Origin: an uncultured Gemmatimonadales bacterium
GTDB lineage: Bacteria > Gemmatimonadota > Gemmatimonadetes > Gemmatimonadales > Gemmatimonadaceae
Length of the DNA stretch: 64,000 bases
Direction: 5' to 3'
NCBI GenBank assembly: GCA_963701965.1
Contig: OY969695.1
Location: 448,001 to 512,000 of the forward strand
Shown piece by piece: positions 33,848-43,216 of this stretch. Under the pieces are notes generated by a model. That model saw nothing but the letters and a program-made list of their open reading frames with translations. It was not told where the DNA came from and did no database searches. The position numbers were made by a program, and so were the translations under genes. The first letter of the stretch is position 1. Every line of letters begins with the position of its first letter.

Positions 33848-36800
33848 GCAACGGCAACGGCAACGGCGACTCCGAACTGGGCTATCATACCTTTCTGCCG
33901 TGGCTGCGCCGCGGGATCGGCATCGAGATCAGTCGCACTGACGATGATCCCACGCCGGCGCCACGCGCTACGCTCGACATTGGCGTCACCATCGGCCCCG
34001 GCCCGCTGTCCACGGGGGCGACCAATGTCTCACTCGCCCTCTACGGCCCGGGCAATGTCGCCACGCTGGATCCCCGCACGGTGATCCGCACCTGGCCGCG
34101 CCCCAATGTCTATCAGTCGGAGCCCAACTACTTCCCGTTGATCGAGCTCCAACCGGCTGACGTGCCGTGGCGCTTCACGCCGGCCCGCCGCAGCGCGGCC
34201 GACCGGTTGCGACCGTGGATCGTGCTCATCGTACTCGCCGACGGCGAGTACGCCAGCGCCGCGGGGTCGATCACCGTCAACTCGGCGGCTACGCTCCCGG
34301 CGCTCGACCAATCCTGGGCCTGGAGCCACGTGCAGATCACGGGCGAGCAGTCGGTGGACGCGGCGACCGTGCTGGATCTCTTGGACAACGACCCCGATCG
34401 CATCCTGGCGCGCCTCCTGTGTCCGCGACAGCTCGCCCCCGATACGGCGTACACGGCGTTCCTCGTGCCGGCGCTCGAGCGCGCGCGCCTCGCCGGGTTG
34501 TCGCAGAACGTGCCCGACACGATCGACGGGCTCGCGCCCGCTTGGACGAGCGGCGAGAGCAACGTCCAACTGCCGGTGTACTATCAGTGGCGGTTCCAGA
34601 CGGGTGACGATGGCGATTTTGCGTCCCTCGTCGAGCGCGTCCAGCCCCGCCCCATGCCGGCGACCGTGGGATCGCGTCCGATGGACGTGAGTGCGGCGGG
34701 CTACATGCTGCCGCCCGCCGCGCCGGCGGCGCCGCTACAGGCGCTCAACGTCGAAGCCGCGCTCCGCGCCCTGGACAGCGCCAGCACGACGTGGGCCACC
34801 GGCGACCGCACGGCTTGGACGAACGCGCTCGCGACGTTGCTCGACACACCAGCCACGCTCCTGGCGTCGCCAGGGGCGGAGCGCGCCGTCGCTCCGCCCC
34901 TCTATGGCCAGTGGTACGCCGCCACCAACCAGCTTGGCGCCGCAGCGGATCCGACGCGCTGGTTTCCGGATCTCAACGCCGACCCCCGCCTCCGCGTGGC
35001 CGCCGGTCTCGGGACGGTCGCCATCCAGGAGAACCAGCAGCAATACCTCGCCGGCGCCTGGGCGCAGGTCGGCGCGATCCGGTCGATCAACGCCAGGCTC
35101 AAAGCCGCGCAACTGGCGCGCGAGACCGCGGTCAGCCTCTATCAGCGCCATCTCACTGTCCTGAGCGATTCGACGCTCATCGCGGTGACGGCTCCCGTCC
35201 ACCCGCGCATCCTCGCCAGCCCGACCACCGTCGCTGCCGTGCTGGCGAATAGTCCGCTGCGTGCCGGGCTGCTGCGTCCAGCCTGGCGTCGCCTCATGCG
35301 GCCCGGCGGCCAGCTCGGCCGGCGCATCGCGAACGCCGGCCGACTCGCCGGCCCCACCGTCGTCGAGCGCGTCAATCTGGGCGCGTTGCGCGTCGCGCCG
35401 CCGCCCACCACGCCGGCGCAACTCACGACGTTGACCACCGCGACGCAGCATACCGTGCCATCCTGGGCGACACCGGGTTGGATGGCGCTCCTGAGCGCGT
35501 TCAGCCATCTGAGTCTCATCGAGTTGATCGTCGCGCTCCTGCTGGCCGTGATCCTGTTTCTCGTGGGCGGGGGCGCGATCGCCATGGTGTTGGGGATCAT
35601 CGTGGTCGCTGGTCAGCTCCTGGGCAGCCAACTCATGGCGAGCGCGCCCATCGCCGATCTCCAGCGTCGCATGGCGCTCCACAACGGCACGCTGACATCC
35701 AGCCAGATCCAAGGGGCTCCGGCCCGCCCGGCGTTCGTTCCGCAGGAGTACAACGGCGCCGTGCCGACGCCGGCACCCGTCGCCGCGATCGGCGCGGCCG
35801 ACTCGGCGAGTGGCGCCCGGTTCCGCTCCGCTGCCGCCGCAATGTTCGCCGAGGTTCAGACGGCGCCGGCCGCCGGCCCGGTGCTCGTGACCGCCGATCT
35901 GGCATCGATCCGATCGAAGGTTGTGGCGGCGCTCGACCCCAAGCTCACGGTGGCCGTGAGCTATCTCCAGCGGTTGACGCTGGCCACCGGAATCGTGTGG
36001 CAACCGAAGGATCCGATCGAGCCGATCATGGCGGCGCCGAGCTTCCCCGATCCCATGTACAAGCCCCTGTTAGCGGTCTCGCAAGATTGGCTATTGCCGG
36101 GACTCGATCAGGTGCCGGCCGACACGATTTCGCTCGTGCAGACGAACGAGCCGTTCATCGAGGCGTACATGGTGGGCGTCAACCACGAGATGACGCGCAC
36201 GCTTCTCTTCAACGAATACCCGATCGATCAACGGGGCACGTATTTCCGGCAGTTCTGGGACTCGTCGACCGCGATCCCACCGGGACAGCCCGAGCCCGAG
36301 AGTCTCAAAGACCTTACGCCGATCAACACATGGGCCGCGGCATCGCTCCTCGGTACGCATTCGAGTCGGGCCACGCCGCCGGGCGGAAGCTATCTGGTGT
36401 TGCTGCTGCGCGCGGAGCTCCTGCGGCGCTACCCGAACACGATCGTGTACGCGAGCCATGCGAAGTGGAACCCGGACGGCTTCACGCGCTCCGTCGACGA
36501 CACCAACCAATCCAAACCACTGTTCTCGGGGACGCTCGGCGCCGGCGTGGGATTCTGGGGGTTTGCGCTCACGGCGGACCAGGTGCGCGGCGCCGACAAG
36601 CCGCCCGGCGATCCGGGGTGGTTCTTCATTCTCCAGGAAGCGCCCACGGAGCCGCGTCTCGGTCTCGAACCCGCTGGCACGACCTTCGGAGGGCCCGTCG
36701 CCAGCTGGCCGGGCATGGCGTGGAGTGATCTCGCGGCCAGCCCGGCGTCGCTCGCCAGCGTCCAGTTCATCGACCTCTCCGCGGCGCTACCCAATACCTC

Positions 36801-36942
36801 GACGGTGACCGATCCGGATCACGCCGTGTGGCACGCGGGCGACGGGGCGCGGGCGTCGGATATCGCCTACATCACGTATCGCGTGCCGATGCGCGTCGCG
36901 GTCCACGGCTCGACCATGATCCCACCCGACGTCGCGCCATGA
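33844..36942 (+). CDS. Large hypothetical protein (1032 aa) with central hydrophobic hairpin
   Basis: Long ORF with GC-rich coding pattern; GGAGG RBS; ATGA overlaps at both ends. Confidence 0.85.
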   Translation: MSNGNGNGDSELGYHTFLPWLRRGIGIEISRTDDDPTPAPRATLDIGVTIGPGPLSTGATNVSLALYGPGNVATLDPRTVIRTWPRPNVYQSEPNYFPLIELQPADVPWRFTPARRSAADRLRPWIVLIVLADGEYASAAGSITVNSAATLPALDQSWAWSHVQITGEQSVDAATVLDLLDNDPDRILARLLCPRQLAPDTAYTAFLVPALERARLAGLSQNVPDTIDGLAPAWTSGESNVQLPVYYQWRFQTGDDGDFASLVERVQPRPMPATVGSRPMDVSAAGYMLPPAAPAAPLQALNVEAALRALDSASTTWATGDRTAWTNALATLLDTPATLLASPGAERAVAPPLYGQWYAATNQLGAAADPTRWFPDLNADPRLRVAAGLGTVAIQENQQQYLAGAWAQVGAIRSINARLKAAQLARETAVSLYQRHLTVLSDSTLIAVTAPVHPRILASPTTVAAVLANSPLRAGLLRPAWRRLMRPGGQLGRRIANAGRLAGPTVVERVNLGALRVAPPPTTPAQLTTLTTATQHTVPSWATPGWMALLSAFSHLSLIELIVALLLAVILFLVGGGAIAMVLGIIVVAGQLLGSQLMASAPIADLQRRMALHNGTLTSSQIQGAPARPAFVPQEYNGAVPTPAPVAAIGAADSASGARFRSAAAAMFAEVQTAPAAGPVLVTADLASIRSKVVAALDPKLTVAVSYLQRLTLATGIVWQPKDPIEPIMAAPSFPDPMYKPLLAVSQDWLLPGLDQVPADTISLVQTNEPFIEAYMVGVNHEMTRTLLFNEYPIDQRGTYFRQFWDSSTAIPPGQPEPESLKDLTPINTWAAASLLGTHSSRATPPGGSYLVLLLRAELLRRYPNTIVYASHAKWNPDGFTRSVDDTNQSKPLFSGTLGAGVGFWGFALTADQVRGADKPPGDPGWFFILQEAPTEPRLGLEPAGTTFGGPVASWPGMAWSDLAASPASLASVQFIDLSAALPNTSTVTDPDHAVWHAGDGARASDIAYITYRVPMRVAVHGSTMIPPDVAP

Positions 36943-39900
36943 GCCCTGTCGAGCTCTCCAACGTCCAGCAGGCGCGGACGGCGCACGCCAGCGCGCAGGC
37001 CGCGGTCGACGCGGCGCGCGCGCGCGTCACGGCGGCAGCCGCCGGCTCCGACGCCTATGCGCAGGCCACCCGGACGTTGGGCGCCGCCCAAGCGACGCTG
37101 GCCAGCGCGCGCAACACGCTCAATCAGACGATCGGTCAACAACTCTCGACGAACAACCCCCCGGGAGACGTCCAACGGCTGGACGCCGACCATCCGATCG
37201 TGTTGTTTCCCGTGCGCGTCGAGACGCGATTTTCATCGGCGCAGTCGGCGTTGCTCATTCGGGTGTATCCCGACGAGATCCTGGCGAACAGCTTCGAGCC
37301 AGAGTTGACCGCCGATGAGCTGGCGTGTGGCCAACTGTACTGGACCGAAGCCGCGGGCACGGTGGGACCGAACAATGCCTGGCGTCACCTGTTGGGGACC
37401 TACCCGTCGCCGCGTGCGGCGTGGATCGTGCTGCAGACGAATCCGGCGAACCCGGCGCCACCGCTTCGCGCGACGTCGTGGACGAAGCCCGCGGTGGCTC
37501 CGCTGTTGCCGGACCGCTGGATCGCGGTCGCGTATCGGGGAGGCGCCGAGATCGCCCGCGCGTGGAGCAGCCCGGTTCTCGAACCGCTGCCACTCACCAT
37601 CGCACCAGACACTCCGGCGGCGTCGTTGGTCGACATCTCCGGCGCCCTCAATTTGGGCGTCGACTATGACCCGGCGGTGCTCTGGACGGTCGACTACCCG
37701 ACCGCCGTCGCGGCCGGTATGGCGTTCGCCCTGCCGCTGCAATCGGCCGACTTCACCGCCGGGATCGACCGACTGCTGGTGCTCGGGGTCAAAACCACGA
37801 TCGCGCCCGCGGACGCCGCCACGGCGATCCGCTCCCTGATCGACGGTCATCACTATACGCGGGGGATCGCGTTCGTGCCGCAGGGCACGCCGACGCACGA
37901 TTCGCGCGAGGTGCCGTCGGGCTATCCGCCGCCGGACCCTAACGGGGCGATCAGCTTCGCCGTGGAAGAAGGACCGGGCTTGGCGACGCCCGACGGCGAT
38001 GGCGTCCTCTGGTCGCGCGCGCTTGGGCTGGCCGATGATACGGTCGCCCACATCGCCGGTGCCGACCGGACGGAGCAAGCGTCGGCCGCCGCGATGAACC
38101 GGGCGCTCTTCCCGGCGACGTGGGAGTACTTTCTGGAGACGATGATGGCGCCGATCGTGAGTGAAGGCACCATCGACGCCACGCGCGAGTACTTCGCGAA
38201 CCGGGTGCGTGCCCGGGGGCACTTTCCGAATTTTCGCATCGGGAACGTGCCGTATGGACTGCTTCCCGTGTCGTCACTCGCCCTATGGAAAGCGATACCG
38301 ACCCGACAACCGGGCGCATCGCCGATCACGAGCGTGTTGCCCGGGATCCTGCGCGCCGCGCAGCCGTTCTGGTCGGCGCAGATCGGCGCGGCCCCGCACT
38401 TGGGCCGGACGAACGACGGCGAAGGCGACGTGCTGGACGCCTTGAGTATGGACGCGAGTGCGCGCACGCTGCGTTTCCGACGGCTGTTGGGCGCCGAGAC
38501 GCTCGCCAACCTGGTGGGGCTGCTGGGCGTCGACTGGGCGCTGGTGACGCTCTTCGGCGATATGACCGCGGCGAACCTGCTGCGCAGCATGGGGTGGTCG
38601 GGCGCCAACCCCCGGGCGTTGACGAACGTGTTCGCGGCCAATGCGCTGCCATTTCGCTTTCCGTTCGTCGCCACGACGTTGTCGGAGACCGACCCGCTCG
38701 CGCCGAACTTCATCACGTGGGTGCGCACGGCGTCGATCGACGATCTGCGCGCCGGCGCGACGCCGTTCCCTGCCCCATCGGTGCTGCTGTTCCGGCTCCT
38801 GAGCTACGCCGCGCTCACCGAGTCTTGGCGAGAAGGCCGGCGCATTCTCCTCGCGGCGGGCGCGGCGGTGGACGATCTCGCGGTCCGCGAGTTGACCGGT
38901 ATCGTCGCGGGCACCGAGACGCGTCCCACCCCGTGGGATTATCTCGGGGCACCGGTGTCATCGGTCACGCACGCGTTGACGCTGGCGCATTTTCTGTCGC
39001 CGATTCAGCCGGGCGAGGCTACGCGGACGCTGCCGCCGGCGATCGTCGCCTATCGCGAGGCGCTGGGCGTGCTCGAGACACTCCCGACCGCCGAGCTGGA
39101 TCGCTTCTGCACGGAGACGTTGGATCTGGCGTCGAACCGCATCGATGCGTGGACCTCGGCGCTCTACGCCGAGCGCTTGGACACGATGCGCTCGACCACG
39201 CCGACGGGCAGTCATGTGGGCGCGTACGCGTGGGTCGAGTCGCTCAAGCCGGGCGGACAGCCGGCCATCCGGCTGAGCGACCGGCGTGCGGCGCTCGACT
39301 CGACCGGCGGATACATCCAAGCGCCGTCCATGGCGCACGCCGCCGCGGCCGCCGTGCTCCGCAACGCGTATCTCAGTTACGCGGGGGACAGCGGCGCGAA
39401 CCCTTACGCGGTCGACCTCTCGTCCGCCCGCGTGCGTGCCGCGCGGTTTGTGCTGGAAGCCGTCGCCGAGGGACAGCAAGTCGGCGCGGTGTTCGGCTAT
39501 CAGATCGAGAGCGGTCTCCATGCCCGTCTAGCGGATGCGCTCATCGACCCGCTGCGCAACGTGTATCCGCTCGTGGCCAACAAAGCCTTCGACTCCGGGG
39601 AGCAAGCCGAAGCGATCGCGGCGCGCAACGTCGTCGACGGACTGGCCTTGCGCACCGCCTGGAAAGCGAACGCGATCCCGTGGGGCACGGCAGGCCTTCC
39701 GGCCGCGGCGTCCGGCGCATTGTACGATGCCCTCATCGCCGAGCTGGGAGCGCTGGACACGACCGTCGACTCCGTCGCCAATGTCCTGCTGGCCGACTCC
39801 GTGTATCAGCTCGTGCAGGGTAGCACGGCGGGAGCATCGGCGAGCCTGGACACGATGGCGCAGGGCGCGCGCCCACCGGACCCCGGCGTTGTGCATCCCG

Positions 39901-41489
39901 TGACTGGCGGCGTCAATGTCACCCATCGCGTGGCGATCGTCATCGGCGACCCCGCCGTCGCCATCAGCACGGGTTGGCCGTCGACCGCCACGCCGCGCGC
40001 TGCCGCCGAGCCCCGGCTCGACGCGTGGGTGGGCAGTCTTCTGGGCGATCCGGGCAACGTGCGCTGCATCGTGCGGGTGACCGACAACTCCGGCGCCTCG
40101 CCGGTCGTGACCGACCACACGGTGACGATGGACCAACTCGGCTTGCGGCCGATCGACATGCTGGCGCTGGCCGCATCGGTCACGGATCAACCCGCGGCGT
40201 CGGAGTTGGACCGGCGGTGCATCACCGCGGCGCTCGGCGACACGCCGGTGAGCGGGACGATCTCCGTCATCTATGCCCGTGATCCGGGCTGGGATCGCGA
40301 CACCGTCCGCGCGGTGCCCGAGCTCCTGCAGGCGGCGCAAGCGCTGCTCCGACTCATCGGTGGCGCGCGGACCATGGCGTGGCAGGATCTCGTGCGCGCG
40401 GCGGACGTCTCGACGACGACGCTGGGAGTCTTGGCGGTCGCGGATGCGGAAGCGCGCGCGACCGCCGCCGAGGCCGGGTTGGCGGCGATCAAGACCCAGT
40501 TGGACGCTGCCGTAGCGCCCGGCGCCACGCGCGCGGCGCTCGTAGCGGCGCTGCGTGCGACGGCGGCGTACGGCGTCACCGGCGCGTACCCCGTACCGGG
40601 CGCGGGCGCGAACGAAGGGGACGTGGCGACGACGCTGATCGACCAGGCGCAGCGGACGCAGGCCGCGGTCAATGCGCGCATTGCCGCGGCCACAGCGGCG
40701 CATCTTCCCCCGACGCCGCCCCCGACGGATGCCGCGCGCGTGGCCGCGGCGGTGGAGATCGCACAGCAGATCTTCGGGCAGGGATTTGTGTTGGTGACGG
40801 GGTTTGCCCCGTCGCCTGCTGCGACGGTGGGGTCGGCGTTGGCGGCGGGGCCGGCATTGGTGGGCGACCCACACGCGCCGATCAAGTGGCTGCAGCAGGC
40901 GAGCCGGGTGCGAACGGCACTTGGCCGTTGGCGCCGCGTCCGATTGCTCACCGAGGCGATGGGTGCGCCGCCCGTCGCGTTGGACATCGCGCAGTTCCCC
41001 GTGGTCGCCGGCGCGCCGCCGCCGCACTGGGTGGGCTTGCCCTTCGCGTCCGAAGCCGATCGCGTGAGCGGACGCCTGTCGGTGGCGCTGGCGCGGCCCT
41101 CGACGCCGGCGGCGACCGCCACGTGGTACGGGCTCACCATCGATGAGTGGGTGGAGCTCATCCCGAACGCGACGGAGATGACCGGTCTCGCGTTCCACTA
41201 CGACGTCGCGAAAGCCGAAGCGCCGCACGCCGTGTTGGTCGCCGTACCACCGGCGTCCGTGGAGCAGTGGGATTTCAATACGCTGGCCACGATCGTCGGC
41301 GAGACGCTGGATCTGGCCAAGATGCGGGGGGTGGACGGCCGTCTTCTCGGTAGCCTGTCACAGCTCATTCCCGCGATCTACTTCACCGCCAACGCCAATG
41401 ACGACACGGTGACGTTCCCATGGCGGGGAACGCTCCGCGCCGAGACGACGATCACGGCGGCGACGATCGCCGCGGGAGCCACCGGGTGA
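36939..41489 (+). CDS. Very large hypothetical protein (1516 aa), N-terminal Ala/Gln coiled coil
   Basis: ATG 36939 overlaps the upstream TGA; uninterrupted 4.5-kb ORF. Confidence 0.85.
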   Translation: MSPVELSNVQQARTAHASAQAAVDAARARVTAAAAGSDAYAQATRTLGAAQATLASARNTLNQTIGQQLSTNNPPGDVQRLDADHPIVLFPVRVETRFSSAQSALLIRVYPDEILANSFEPELTADELACGQLYWTEAAGTVGPNNAWRHLLGTYPSPRAAWIVLQTNPANPAPPLRATSWTKPAVAPLLPDRWIAVAYRGGAEIARAWSSPVLEPLPLTIAPDTPAASLVDISGALNLGVDYDPAVLWTVDYPTAVAAGMAFALPLQSADFTAGIDRLLVLGVKTTIAPADAATAIRSLIDGHHYTRGIAFVPQGTPTHDSREVPSGYPPPDPNGAISFAVEEGPGLATPDGDGVLWSRALGLADDTVAHIAGADRTEQASAAAMNRALFPATWEYFLETMMAPIVSEGTIDATREYFANRVRARGHFPNFRIGNVPYGLLPVSSLALWKAIPTRQPGASPITSVLPGILRAAQPFWSAQIGAAPHLGRTNDGEGDVLDALSMDASARTLRFRRLLGAETLANLVGLLGVDWALVTLFGDMTAANLLRSMGWSGANPRALTNVFAANALPFRFPFVATTLSETDPLAPNFITWVRTASIDDLRAGATPFPAPSVLLFRLLSYAALTESWREGRRILLAAGAAVDDLAVRELTGIVAGTETRPTPWDYLGAPVSSVTHALTLAHFLSPIQPGEATRTLPPAIVAYREALGVLETLPTAELDRFCTETLDLASNRIDAWTSALYAERLDTMRSTTPTGSHVGAYAWVESLKPGGQPAIRLSDRRAALDSTGGYIQAPSMAHAAAAAVLRNAYLSYAGDSGANPYAVDLSSARVRAARFVLEAVAEGQQVGAVFGYQIESGLHARLADALIDPLRNVYPLVANKAFDSGEQAEAIAARNVVDGLALRTAWKANAIPWGTAGLPAAASGALYDALIAELGALDTTVDSVANVLLADSVYQLVQGSTAGASASLDTMAQGARPPDPGVVHPVTGGVNVTHRVAIVIGDPAVAISTGWPSTATPRAAAEPRLDAWVGSLLGDPGNVRCIVRVTDNSGASPVVTDHTVTMDQLGLRPIDMLALAASVTDQPAASELDRRCITAALGDTPVSGTISVIYARDPGWDRDTVRAVPELLQAAQALLRLIGGARTMAWQDLVRAADVSTTTLGVLAVADAEARATAAEAGLAAIKTQLDAAVAPGATRAALVAALRATAAYGVTGAYPVPGAGANEGDVATTLIDQAQRTQAAVNARIAAATAAHLPPTPPPTDAARVAAAVEIAQQIFGQGFVLVTGFAPSPAATVGSALAAGPALVGDPHAPIKWLQQASRVRTALGRWRRVRLLTEAMGAPPVALDIAQFPVVAGAPPPHWVGLPFASEADRVSGRLSVALARPSTPAATATWYGLTIDEWVELIPNATEMTGLAFHYDVAKAEAPHAVLVAVPPASVEQWDFNTLATIVGETLDLAKMRGVDGRLLGSLSQLIPAIYFTANANDDTVTFPWRGTLRAETTITAATIAAGATG

Positions 41490-43216
41490 CCCTCTCCGTG
41501 CGAGCCGGCCCCACGTTCGTGTTGCGTCCGCCATCGATCACCTATTGGGTGCGCGGAGAGCCCGATGCCCGCGGCGAGACATTTGTCGATGCGATGTGCG
41601 CGCGGCTCCGCGATCCGCTGTGGACGCTGACGCGGCAGTGGCAGCTTGGCGAGTTCCTGGGAGGCGACGCCGGTTCGCCAGCCTTCGTGGAAATGGCGGA
41701 GCGTTTCGGCGCGCTGACCGCGTGGCAGGCCACGGGACAGGCGGTGGAGCCGCTGGGCGGCGGGCCGCTCGAGTACGAGAGCGAGCGCGAGCCATTGGAC
41801 GCGGATCTGGCGACGGCGATCGAGCTCGGGCAGACCGCCGAGCGGTTGCTCACCGAGCGCGGGGTGGCCGCGCTCATTCCGGCATTTCGGACAGCGTATT
41901 CGGTGAGCGCGACACCCGTCGACGCCAGCGACCCGTCCGACGTCACGTTTCGCAGTGTGTGCGCGTCGCGCGCGATCAATGGGGTGGCGTTGGCCGCGGC
42001 GGCCCAAGCGGCGCAGCCCGCTCTGCCGGCGACGCCGGCGATCCCGACGGCGGACCAACCGCAGGCGCTGGCCGCGATCAACGACTTTCTGGCCTGGGTC
42101 GCGGCGACCGTCGGGACGCTGGGCACTAGCGATCCCGGTGCGTGGCAACCGGCGACGCTCGGGTACGGGTTGGGGATCACGGGAACCGCGCCCGACGGCA
42201 GCGCGATCACTCTGCAAGCCAGCCCGGCCGACGATGGGCTGCTGGAGTGGTCGGCGCTGGACCTCACGCCTCCAACGGCGCCTGGATCCGCCGCGGCGAA
42301 GGCGCGGGGCGTGATGCCGGCCCACCTGCGATTCCCGGGCATGCCGAACGCCCGCTTCTGGGATTTCGAGACGTCGGGGTCGGATATTGGGTCGGTCGTG
42401 CCCGACAAGCGCGATCTGGCGCGGCTGGCGGTGATGGATCTCATGCTGGTGCACGGGAACGACTGGTTCGTGATCCCGGTCTCGCTGGCGCCCGGCGCGC
42501 TATACGAGGTCACGCAGCTCTTGGTGCACGATGTCTTTGGCGTGATCACGCGGGTCACGCGTGCGGATCAAGAGGCGATCTCGGCGGGCGCGTGGGCGGC
42601 GTTCACCACCAACATCGTTGGCCAGACCGCGCGCGCGCCGTTTTTCGTCTTTCCGCCGAGCGTTGGGGTGGCGATGCAGCGCGGGGCGCCGGTGGAGGAG
42701 GTGCAGTTCGCGCGCGACGAGCAGGCGAACATGGTGTGGGCGCTGGAGCTCGCGACCCAGAACGCGATCGGCGAGGGGTGGTCGGGTCACGAGCGCGATA
42801 TCGCGCGGAACGGCGGGGCGGCACCGCGGCCGCCCGCGCCCCAAGCGGCCGCGATCCCGCTCGTGTACGACATCCAGACTCGTGTTCCGGAGTACTGGAT
42901 TCCGTTTCTGCCGGCGCGAGTCAATGCGGTGACCGGCGCCGCGGCCCTCGAACGCGCCGCGATGCTGCGGGCCGATGGGACGCCGATTGAACCTGTGGGA
43001 CGCATCCTCCGGCCGTCGAGCATCACCGCCGGGTCGCCGTACCGCGTGCCGGAGGAGGAGGTCGCGCGCACCGGCGTCCGCATCGTGCGGTCGGTGTGTC
43101 GGAGCCGCTGGGTCGACGGCACGACCTGGCTGTGGGGCATGCGGCAGAGCGGCCCGTCGCGCGGCGAGGCGAACAGCGCGCTCCGGTTCGACGTCGCTCA
43201 GCCGAACAGCTCGTGA
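41486..43216 (+). CDS. Hypothetical protein (576 aa)
   Basis: GTGA overlap; Trp/Pro-rich blocks RDPLWTLTRQWQLGEF, FPGMPNARFWDFE, GNDWFVIP, RDEQANMVWALE. Confidence 0.85.
   Translation: MTLSVRAGPTFVLRPPSITYWVRGEPDARGETFVDAMCARLRDPLWTLTRQWQLGEFLGGDAGSPAFVEMAERFGALTAWQATGQAVEPLGGGPLEYESEREPLDADLATAIELGQTAERLLTERGVAALIPAFRTAYSVSATPVDASDPSDVTFRSVCASRAINGVALAAAAQAAQPALPATPAIPTADQPQALAAINDFLAWVAATVGTLGTSDPGAWQPATLGYGLGITGTAPDGSAITLQASPADDGLLEWSALDLTPPTAPGSAAAKARGVMPAHLRFPGMPNARFWDFETSGSDIGSVVPDKRDLARLAVMDLMLVHGNDWFVIPVSLAPGALYEVTQLLVHDVFGVITRVTRADQEAISAGAWAAFTTNIVGQTARAPFFVFPPSVGVAMQRGAPVEEVQFARDEQANMVWALELATQNAIGEGWSGHERDIARNGGAAPRPPAPQAAAIPLVYDIQTRVPEYWIPFLPARVNAVTGAAALERAAMLRADGTPIEPVGRILRPSSITAGSPYRVPEEEVARTGVRIVRSVCRSRWVDGTTWLWGMRQSGPSRGEANSALRFDVAQPNSS

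Noticed and set aside
33850..33867. (AACGGC)3 repeat at the start of the 1032-aa gene as a phase-variation tract
   Set aside because: The unit is 6 nt, so changes keep the frame, and there are only three copies.
30415..43216. Assignment to eCIS/T6SS, Tc toxin, prophage or a known defence system
   Set aside because: I recognised no sheath, tube, baseplate, VgrG/PAAR, RHS/YD, terminase, ATPase or nuclease motifs; a structural search is still needed.
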